Assembly (NCBI GenBank): GCA_028282585.1
Contig: JANQHR010000028.1
Span: 1 to 64,000 of the forward strand
Source of the DNA: Bacteroidales bacterium
Lineage (GTDB): Bacteria; Bacteroidota; Bacteroidia; Bacteroidales; UBA12077
DNA length: 64,000 nt
Reading direction: 5' to 3'
The position numbers and the translations under genes were made by a program. The notes under the pieces were generated by a model. It ran no database searches and was not told the DNA's origin. It was given only the letters and a program-made list of their open reading frames with translations. Positions 10,914 through 18,983 of the stretch are shown here, in pieces. How positions within the stretch are numbered: the stretch's first letter is position 1; every line of letters starts with the position of its first letter.

Positions 10914-10985
10914 TCACACTTCGACAAGCTCAGTGTGACAAAAGAAAGATATAAGGAGTTGTCATATTGAGCCTGTCGAAATATG
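10914..10985. repeat. REP doublet (REPIN-like), copy 1
   Basis: TCACACTTCGACAAGCTCAGTGTGACA and inverted TTGTCATATTGAGCCTGTCGAAATATG; related copies at 43449 and 59633. Confidence 0.8.
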
Positions 10986-11206
10986 TACGCCCCTGATTAA
11001 GAAAATACAATTATCTAAGGATATCTTATCCTCATTCTATTATCTGCTAAAAAGGGGTAAATTTGGTTCCAGCTCATAAATAAAGCTATTTCTGTTATTA
11101 AAAAATCAATGTCAAAAATACAAAATTAGAGTTTAATTAGAAAAACAATTATCATGATATGGCAATTTATCATGACAAATTTGCTGAATTATTTATTAGC
11201 ATGCAA

Positions 11207-11238
11207 TTTGAAGAAGCTGGTAATATAGATTAAATTTG
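11207..11238 (+). promoter_or_regulatory. sigma70 promoter of the lemA operon
   Basis: TTTG-N20-TAAATTTG matches the Bacteroidota -33/-7 consensus. Confidence 0.7.
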
Positions 11239-11267
11239 AAAATCACTAATTATTAAAAAACCAAAAA

Positions 11268-11858
11268 ATGAAGAAAAAGTGGATTACTATAATAGTTATT
11301 GCTGTAATAGCATTATTTTTTTATTCATCAATAAAAGGGAATTATAATAAAATGGTTGCTATGGATGAAGGAGTTAAATCACAATGGGCTCAGGTTGAAA
11401 ATGTTTATCAACGTAGAGCAGATTTAATCCCTAATCTTGTAAATACGGTAAAAGGATATGCTGAACATGAACAAGAAACTTTAACTGGTGTAATAGAAGC
11501 AAGAGCAAAAGCAACTTCTACTACAATTGATCCTTCAAACTTAAATACCGAAAGTATTCAAGCTTTTCAGCAAGCACAAAGCGGATTAAGTTCGGCTTTA
11601 TCAAGATTAATGGTTGTAGTGGAACGCTATCCGAATTTAAAGGCAAATCAAAATTTCCTTGAATTACAAACGCAGTTAGAAGGAACAGAAAACAGAATTA
11701 CAGTCGAACGCCAAAAATTTAATAGTAGCGCTCAAACATTTAATACCTTTATTAAACAGTTTCCAAAAAACATTTATGCAAACACTTTTGGCTTTGAAGA
11801 AAAAGCTTATTTCAAGGCACAAGAAAATGCACAGGAAGCACCTAAAGTAGAGTTTTAA
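11268..11858 (+). CDS. lemA: LemA family protein
   Basis: YQRRADLIPNLV, ERYPNLKAN and LEGTENRI motifs. Confidence 0.95.
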   Translation: MKKKWITIIVIAVIALFFYSSIKGNYNKMVAMDEGVKSQWAQVENVYQRRADLIPNLVNTVKGYAEHEQETLTGVIEARAKATSTTIDPSNLNTESIQAFQQAQSGLSSALSRLMVVVERYPNLKANQNFLELQTQLEGTENRITVERQKFNSSAQTFNTFIKQFPKNIYANTFGFEEKAYFKAQENAQEAPKVEF

Positions 11859-11860
11859 AT

Positions 11861-12301
11861 ATGAAACCATCACAATTTTTTAATCAAAAGCAAAAGAAGC
11901 AAATTACCGATGCTATTCAAGAAGCCGAATTAAATACATCAGGTGAAATAAGAGTGCATGTTGAATCAAACTGTAATGAAGAAGTTCTGGACAGAGCTGC
12001 TTTCATGTTTGAAAAACTTGCAATGCACAAGACTGAATTACGAAATGGAGTCTTATTTTATCTTTCGATAAATGACAGGAAATTCGCCATTTTAGGTGAT
12101 GCTGGAATTAATGCAGTAACTCCTGATAATTTCTGGGATGAAATAAAAGAAACTGTTATTGGTCATTTTAAAAAAGAAGAATATGCCGAAGGTTTAAGTA
12201 ATGGGATAAAAATAGCCGGACAAGCATTAAAAGAACATTTCCCATATCAACAAGACGATGTAAACGAATTGTCAGATGAGGTCTCATTTGATGATAAATA
12301 A
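11861..12301 (+). CDS. TPM domain-containing protein
   Basis: AELNTSGEIRVH, RNGVLFY and NELSD motifs; lemA operon. Confidence 0.9.
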   Translation: MKPSQFFNQKQKKQITDAIQEAELNTSGEIRVHVESNCNEEVLDRAAFMFEKLAMHKTELRNGVLFYLSINDRKFAILGDAGINAVTPDNFWDEIKETVIGHFKKEEYAEGLSNGIKIAGQALKEHFPYQQDDVNELSDEVSFDDK

Positions 12302-12308
12302 TAGAGTT

Positions 12309-13121
12309 ATGAGAAAAAAGATTAAATATATTTTACTAATTCTGATTTCATTCATTTCAATTCAGACTATAGCACAAAACTATCCAGAACATACCGGGAA
12401 TTCAGTTAATGATTTTACAGGAAATTTTTTAAGAAATAATGAAATTAATGCGTTAGAATCAAAACTAAGAAAGTTTGAAACTGAGACTTCTTCAGCTATT
12501 GTGATTGCAATTGTAGAATCTTTCGATGGTTATGACAAAGCATCATACGCTTTTGGTTTGGGAGAAAAATGGGGAATTGGTAAAGAAGGTAAGAATAATG
12601 GGATTATAATTCTGGTAAAACCTAAAAATCAGAATTCTAAAGGCGAAGTTTTTATAGCAACCGGATATGGACTTGAGGGGGCAGTGCCTGATGCAATTAC
12701 CAAAAGGTTAGTCGAAAATGAAATCATTCCATATTTTAAACAAGGAATGCATTACAAAGGATTGGACGAAGCTACAAACCGAATAATGGAATTAACCAGG
12801 GGTGAATATACCGCAGATGAATACAGACAAGCAACAAGCGGCTCTGCTGCTGGAACAGGAATACCGGTTATAATAATATTCCTTATCGTGATTATTTTTA
12901 GTTTTATTGGAAGAGCAAGAAGAGCAAGGCATTACGCAGTTGGTCACAACATTCCGTTCTGGATTGCGATGGGCATGTTAAGTTCTAATAGAAGTCATGG
13001 TGGAAGTTTTGGAAACTTTTCTTCAGGCGGAGGAAGTTTTGGCGGATTTAGTGGAGGAGGTGGATTCGGAGGCTTCGGTGGTGGAAGTTTTGGCGGTGGT
13101 GGTGCCGGAGGTAGCTGGTAA
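12309..13121 (+). CDS. TPM domain-containing membrane protein (YgcG-like) with Gly-rich tail
   Basis: ATG at 12309; WGIG...NG and TGYGLEG motifs, ends GGGGAGGSW. Confidence 0.9.
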   Translation: MRKKIKYILLILISFISIQTIAQNYPEHTGNSVNDFTGNFLRNNEINALESKLRKFETETSSAIVIAIVESFDGYDKASYAFGLGEKWGIGKEGKNNGIIILVKPKNQNSKGEVFIATGYGLEGAVPDAITKRLVENEIIPYFKQGMHYKGLDEATNRIMELTRGEYTADEYRQATSGSAAGTGIPVIIIFLIVIIFSFIGRARRARHYAVGHNIPFWIAMGMLSSNRSHGGSFGNFSSGGGSFGGFSGGGGFGGFGGGSFGGGGAGGSW

Positions 13122-13151
13122 ATGCACCTCAAAAAATATATAATTTAAAAT

Positions 13152-13186
13152 AAAATCCTGCATAACCTTTGCGGGATTTTTTATTT
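13152..13186 (+). terminator. Intrinsic terminator of the lemA operon
   Basis: AAAATCCTGCA / TGCGGGATTTT hairpin followed by a T tract. Confidence 0.75.
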
Positions 13187-13297
13187 GTTATGAAGTAAAA
13201 TTAACTTTATATTTAATTAAATATTTGAAGATTAATAGGGTAAACAAAAGCGAGATGATCTTAATTAATTAATCTACAATGCTCTAAAACCTAAATT

Positions 13298-16063
13298 ATG
13301 AAAACAAAACTCAAAGCATTTTTACCAATTTTAGCCTTTTTAATATTTTCCATTTCCATAATTATTAAGCTTAATAGAAGTGAACGAAAGAGTTATGAAA
13401 GATTTTTAATAAATGAACTGAAATCTTTAAATATAAAATATATTGAGGAGAAAGGCGCAAATCCAAAAATGGATAAGCCTGAAATGGCTGGTATACAAGA
13501 TTATTATGCTACCATTGATCCTAATTTAAGGAATGTACCACATGAAAGGTTAATATCAGCAATTAAAGAAACTAAAGGCAAACTTAAACGATCAAAAAGC
13601 GAATTATTTAACAGGTATTTATGGAATGAAGTACCTTCTGATATGGGAGGCAGAGTTCGTAGTTTCATGTTCGATCCTAATGATTCTGATTATAAAAAAG
13701 TATGGGCGGGATCCGTAACCGGAGGATTATGGTATAACAACAATATTTATAATCTGGATTCTGCCTGGTATCCAATAAGTGATGTTTGGGAGAATCTTTC
13801 AATTAGCGCCATTGTTTATGATCCTAACAATCCTTTAGTTTATTATGTTGGAACCGGAGAACCTCAAACTGCTGTTACAATCTATAGAGAATCATCAACA
13901 AGAGGTGTCGGAATATGGAAAACAATAGATGGCGGAAAAACCTGGAACTTACTTTCTTCAACGGAAGAATTTCCTTACATAACTGATTTAATTATTAGAG
14001 ATGAAGATGGACAAAGTGTAATATATGCCGGTGTGGTTTCAGGAACTTATCAGGGACAAGATCATACACCGGTTCCTTCCGACGGACTGTTCAGATCAAC
14101 CGATGGAGGAAATTCATGGACCCAGGTTTTACCGAACATTCCAGGTGAAAACATTACTTATTCTCCTTCTGATATTGAATTAGCCTCTTCGGATAGAATT
14201 TTTGTAGGTACTTATCGAAATATTGATGGTAAAGGAGGTGCGACCATATTATACTCTGATAATGGAACAGATTGGACCATATTCGAAGATTATGCAAATT
14301 TAATTAAAGAAAGTAGTGACCCAACAGTTGTTATACCCGGGAGAACAATTATAGCTTCTTCAGCATCTTCTCCTAATGCGATATATGCAGTTATAGCTGC
14401 AGGAGGATATACCGCACAAAATTGGATTTATTATCGCGGAAGATTTTTATTAAAAAGTGATGATAATGGCGAAACCTGGCAAACCAAAAATCTTCCATAT
14501 GGAGATGATGGAAGTTGGGCCACTCTTGCCTGGCATGCAATTACCTTAGAAGTTGATCCCAACGATGAAAATACAATTTTTGCAGGAGGATTAAACCTAC
14601 ATAGATCTACAAATGGAGGAACTTCATGGGAAGAAATCTCTTCATGGTTTAATTTTGGATCTTATTATGATCCAAATTTAGAACCGTATGTACATGCAGA
14701 TCAACATAGTATTATTTTTAAACCGGGGAGCTCAGATACAATCTGCTTTACAAATGATGGAGGTGTATTTCTAACTAAAAACGGAACTGAAACTGATATC
14801 ACTTTTATAGAAAGAAATAAAGAATTTAACACATTGCAATTTTATACATGTAATTTACATCCGGATTCTGCTACAAATATATTTGTTGGAGGTTTACAAG
14901 ATAACGGAACTGTAACATATATGGGGAATCCGATAGATAATGAAGAAAGTTTTGTATCCTATGGTGACGGTGCATATTGTTTTTTTACTCGTAATAATAA
15001 GCTAATTACAACTGTTTATTATAATAGAGTATATATAAGTAGTAGTACGGGATTAAATAATTATGTAGTTTATACAAGCAATGATTACAGCAGTGGAACA
15101 TTTATTTCTCCGTCTGATTACGACTATGAAAATGATACCTACTATGCAAATGCAGTAGGCTTTACCGGAAATAATGCAGACAATCTCCTGAGAATTAACA
15201 ATGTAGTTTCTAGCGAATTAAATAACTATTCATTTGTTGATGTCAATACCGGAAGTAATGTATATTTTTCTCATGTCCGATTAAGCAAATATTCGGATGT
15301 AGAAGAAAGAATTTTATTTTTAGGAACTCAGGCAGGTGAACTATTTAAGGTGAAGAATATACAGACTAATCCGGCATCTACTAATATTGGCTCTGACAAT
15401 TTTCCTTTGGGAAATATCTCATGTGTCACTGAGGGTAAAAATATAAACGAATTACTTGTTACGTTCTCAAATTATGGGGTATCTTCTGTTTGGTATACTT
15501 CTGATGGAGGAAACAGTTGGGAAGAAAAAGAAGGAAATTTACCGGATATGCCAATTCGATGGGCAATTTTTGATCCGGAAGATACCTCTAAAGTTGTATT
15601 GGCGACTGAAGTTGGAATATGGGCCACTAATAATATTCATAATGAGTCCGTATTATGGGAGCCTATTAACAATGGACTGCCGAATGTAAGAGTCGATATG
15701 TTACGTTTAAGAGAATTTGATAATACAATTCTTGCCGCAACACATGGACGGGGTTTATATTATTGTGATTTGGAAGGAGGGTATTCCACCAATTCAAGAA
15801 CAGTTATAGATACTGAATTAAAAGCCAATATCTATCCTAATCCAACAAGTGGAATTGTTAATATTAATTTTGAAGAAAATAACCTTAAATCTGTTAATAT
15901 ATCCATTTTTAATACGGGTGGCATATTAGTTGAATCATTTGAAAAATACAATAACTCTGGTGAGTTAAGGCTTAATCTTGATTATTTACAAAATGGTACA
16001 TATATTCTTAAAATAAGTGCCAATAATAAATTAACCACAAAAAAAATACTGTTATATAAATAA
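13298..16063 (+). CDS. T9SS type A CTD protein with BNR/Asp-box (VPS10-like) beta-propellers
   Basis: Repeated S/TxDGGxT/SW boxes, HADQH, ATHGRG, C-terminal IYPNP...KKILLYK. Confidence 0.85.
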   Translation: MKTKLKAFLPILAFLIFSISIIIKLNRSERKSYERFLINELKSLNIKYIEEKGANPKMDKPEMAGIQDYYATIDPNLRNVPHERLISAIKETKGKLKRSKSELFNRYLWNEVPSDMGGRVRSFMFDPNDSDYKKVWAGSVTGGLWYNNNIYNLDSAWYPISDVWENLSISAIVYDPNNPLVYYVGTGEPQTAVTIYRESSTRGVGIWKTIDGGKTWNLLSSTEEFPYITDLIIRDEDGQSVIYAGVVSGTYQGQDHTPVPSDGLFRSTDGGNSWTQVLPNIPGENITYSPSDIELASSDRIFVGTYRNIDGKGGATILYSDNGTDWTIFEDYANLIKESSDPTVVIPGRTIIASSASSPNAIYAVIAAGGYTAQNWIYYRGRFLLKSDDNGETWQTKNLPYGDDGSWATLAWHAITLEVDPNDENTIFAGGLNLHRSTNGGTSWEEISSWFNFGSYYDPNLEPYVHADQHSIIFKPGSSDTICFTNDGGVFLTKNGTETDITFIERNKEFNTLQFYTCNLHPDSATNIFVGGLQDNGTVTYMGNPIDNEESFVSYGDGAYCFFTRNNKLITTVYYNRVYISSSTGLNNYVVYTSNDYSSGTFISPSDYDYENDTYYANAVGFTGNNADNLLRINNVVSSELNNYSFVDVNTGSNVYFSHVRLSKYSDVEERILFLGTQAGELFKVKNIQTNPASTNIGSDNFPLGNISCVTEGKNINELLVTFSNYGVSSVWYTSDGGNSWEEKEGNLPDMPIRWAIFDPEDTSKVVLATEVGIWATNNIHNESVLWEPINNGLPNVRVDMLRLREFDNTILAATHGRGLYYCDLEGGYSTNSRTVIDTELKANIYPNPTSGIVNINFEENNLKSVNISIFNTGGILVESFEKYNNSGELRLNLDYLQNGTYILKISANNKLTTKKILLYK

Positions 16064-16440
16064 TTTTAATTCAAGATATAGCTCCTGACAATTTTAGTCA
16101 GAAGTTTTTATGTTTTAGAAACAGCATATAAATAAAACTGATTTTTCTCCTTTTTTTTTGAAAAAAATATTCCTAATTATGCGATGGTATTTAACCTGAT
16201 TCATTCATGAAGTTTATGAATGAACCTTTTAATGAAGAAATTACAGATGGTTTATTGATTTAAATATTTATAATTTCTTGGTAAGGTTAACCTGTACAAT
16301 TCATAAAAATTGATAGATTATAATATTTATGAATTCATCAGGCTAAATATCCAGATACTTGAATAAAAATCTGCCTGCCCTTTCGGCAGAAAGGCTAGCG
16401 ATAGGCAGATAATTAATAAATAACTAAATAATCAAAAGAT

Positions 16441-17352
16441 ATGTTTAATAAATTAATTGCCGCATTATTACCATACTTCCCTAAGAAATTTGTATGGTTA
16501 TTTTCAAAACCCTATATAGCTGGTGAAACAGTTGAAGATGCTATAAAAGCTTCAAAAGATTTAAATGCAAAAGGTTGCATGGTAACCATTGACATTTTAG
16601 GAGAATTCATTAAAACTTTAGAAGAAGCTGAAGCTAATAAAAATGAGTACATCGAGTTAATTGATCGTGTTGAGAAAGAAGATATTGATGGTAACTACTC
16701 TGTAAAACCAACCATGTTTGGTTTATTAATTGATAAGGAAGTTTGTTACAAACACATTCGCGATATAGTTGCAAAAGCTGCAGAATATAATAACTTTATC
16801 CGTGTTGACATGGAAGATTCTCCATGTACTGATATGACCATTGAAATTTTTAGAAGGTTAAAAGCTGAATTCCCTAAAAATGTTGGTCTTGTGTTACAAG
16901 CATATTTAAAACGTACTCATAGTGATTTGGACAAACTAATGGATATCCATACAGATGAAGTCCCTTTAAATTATCGATTATGTAAAGGTATTTATGTTGA
17001 ACCTAAAGAAATTGCCTTTAAGAAATATGAAGAAATCAATGAGCATTTCTTAAAAGATATCGATTTCTGTTTAAAAAATGGTGTTTATCCGGGCATTGCA
17101 ACACACGATAAACCAATCGTTGAAGGATCGTATGAATTAATTGAAAAATATAATGTACCTAAAGAAAAATACGAATTTCAGATGTTGTATGGTGTTACTC
17201 CTAAATTACGTCAATCAATTCTAGATAAAGGACACCGTATGAGAGTTTATGTACCTTATGGAAAGCAATGGTTTGGATATTCAACAAGAAGATTAAAAGA
17301 AAATCCAAAAATGGCTAATCATATCATGAAAGCTCTTTTCTTTAAAGGATAG
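16441..17352 (+). CDS. Monofunctional proline dehydrogenase
   Basis: RVDMEDS, LQAYL, RLCKGIY, ATHD, EFQMLYG and RRLKENP motifs. Confidence 0.93.
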   Translation: MFNKLIAALLPYFPKKFVWLFSKPYIAGETVEDAIKASKDLNAKGCMVTIDILGEFIKTLEEAEANKNEYIELIDRVEKEDIDGNYSVKPTMFGLLIDKEVCYKHIRDIVAKAAEYNNFIRVDMEDSPCTDMTIEIFRRLKAEFPKNVGLVLQAYLKRTHSDLDKLMDIHTDEVPLNYRLCKGIYVEPKEIAFKKYEEINEHFLKDIDFCLKNGVYPGIATHDKPIVEGSYELIEKYNVPKEKYEFQMLYGVTPKLRQSILDKGHRMRVYVPYGKQWFGYSTRRLKENPKMANHIMKALFFKG

Positions 17353-17409
17353 TAACCGATATAAAAGAACAAAATTAAAAGATAAAGCCTGCCTACCGGA
17401 CGAGTAGGT

Positions 17410-17440
17410 AATCCCGAATCAATGATTCGGGATTTTATTT
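17410..17440 (+). terminator. Intrinsic terminator after proline dehydrogenase
   Basis: AATCCCGAATC-aat-GATTCGGGATT followed by TTATTT. Confidence 0.75.
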
Positions 17441-17491
17441 ATTCTTCAAGTTCTTTAAGTAAGTTCTTCAGAAATATGTCAAGTTAAAAAT

Positions 17492-17525
17492 AAAAAAAGC
17501 AGAAAAATTATTTTTCTGCTTTTTT
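17492..17525. terminator. Bidirectional terminator after the DNRLRE gene
   Basis: AAAAAAAGCAGAAAAA / TTTTTCTGCTTTTTT inverted repeat. Confidence 0.7.
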
Positions 17526-17543
17526 CGTTTATATCCAATATCC

Positions 17544-18893
17544 CTATTCATAGGTAATGACCAATTTAGGATGTAAAGAATCATTAGAATGATCACTAGA
17601 TGCAAAAAGCATTCTTCGATAATAAGATTCTTCATTCAAGCGCAACATAAAACCAAAACCGGATGTAGGATTATCAATTATATCTATAATAAGGTTGGAA
17701 ACATCGACAACATAATCTTGCATATCATATTCACTAGCTGGTAACACGACTTGATTCTCTTCAGTTGTTGAAGGCTGTGTATTCCATGTTACCGTATTTT
17801 CGTCCCAACTAGATGTTATTCTTTGTAAGATACATTCATTCGAGCCTGAAAGTTGTGAATGCCCTGGACCATGCGTTGTATTCTCACTTACATAAAGGTA
17901 AAGTTGAGCATCAACAATTATTGCATCATCTGGTAACAATGATAGATCAAATTCAATTAAACTACGCAATGTTGTTTCATTTCCTCCGGTGGTCCATGCG
18001 TTAGCAGTAAACTCTTCATATGTACCAAAATTTCTATCTACATAATCGTAATAATTTCCAATTGTAGCATCTTTTCCGTCTTCGGCATTTGGCCTTAATA
18101 CTAAAATATTCCCTTCGGATAAAATAATGGTCAATGGTTTTGAAAAATGTTTTTCAAGCGAATCCTTTGAGAATGTTTCAGAATAATCTTCATATCCTGA
18201 TTTTGTTATTTTAATTGTATACGCGTCATAATTAGCATTTACAGTAATTAAATTAGTAACTGCCTCGAGATTATTATTAAATAAAGTATCTGAACCACTG
18301 ATTATTAATGCATCTGCCTCGGTTAAATCAAAATTCTGATTAATATCATCATAAATAAATATAGCAGTTAGAAAATTGAATGTCTCAATCTGGTTAAAGC
18401 TAAAAGTATTATAACCGAAATCCTCTGGAGTAATATTTTCTGTTGATATTACTTCAGGAGAGATTTTTGTAACATCGTCTTCGAAAACAATAAAATCAAT
18501 TATCAGCGGATCACTTACCAAATATTCTTTTGATGAGCCTTCTTTAGGAGTTGCATATAAAACATTATTGCTTTCATCAAGTACCATGAAATCAGTTATC
18601 TGGTATTCACCAACCAAGAATGAAATTGGAGAACTAATATACTCGTTATTAAACTTATATAATTCAATTTTTTCATTGTAAAATTCATAATCGCCAGAAT
18701 TGTTTTTGACTGAAAGTAAAAGACTTACTGGTCCTGTTTTAAAAGAATTTTTAAGGTTTAAAAGGTTTTCATTAGATGTAAATCCTAAAACCAGTTCTCC
18801 CTTTGCATTAGGATCAAAAGAATCATCTTTATCACAGGAAATAAAAAAGAATAGAATGGTTATACTAACCAAAATTAATTTAGTAATTCTCAT
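17544..18893 (-). CDS. Lipoprotein with C-terminal DNRLRE (CBM96-like) domain
   Basis: ATG at 18893, lipobox FFISC followed by DKDD; GKDA, RSLIEFDLS, WDENTVTWNTQP and PKLVITY motifs. Confidence 0.75.
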   Translation of the reverse strand: MRITKLILVSITILFFFISCDKDDSFDPNAKGELVLGFTSNENLLNLKNSFKTGPVSLLLSVKNNSGDYEFYNEKIELYKFNNEYISSPISFLVGEYQITDFMVLDESNNVLYATPKEGSSKEYLVSDPLIIDFIVFEDDVTKISPEVISTENITPEDFGYNTFSFNQIETFNFLTAIFIYDDINQNFDLTEADALIISGSDTLFNNNLEAVTNLITVNANYDAYTIKITKSGYEDYSETFSKDSLEKHFSKPLTIILSEGNILVLRPNAEDGKDATIGNYYDYVDRNFGTYEEFTANAWTTGGNETTLRSLIEFDLSLLPDDAIIVDAQLYLYVSENTTHGPGHSQLSGSNECILQRITSSWDENTVTWNTQPSTTEENQVVLPASEYDMQDYVVDVSNLIIDIIDNPTSGFGFMLRLNEESYYRRMLFASSDHSNDSLHPKLVITYE

Positions 18894-18983
18894 AATCAAA
18901 TATTTAATAGGTTTATAATAGATTACAATTCTAATAAAAAAACCTAAATATCACTAATTAAATTACACTTTTTTAAAAATAAC

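Noticed and set aside
10914-10985. CRISPR array
   Set aside because: Only two inverted units, no repeat-spacer periodicity and no cas genes
12996-13118. GGN-rich repeat
   Set aside because: It is the ordinary Gly-rich tail of the TPM protein
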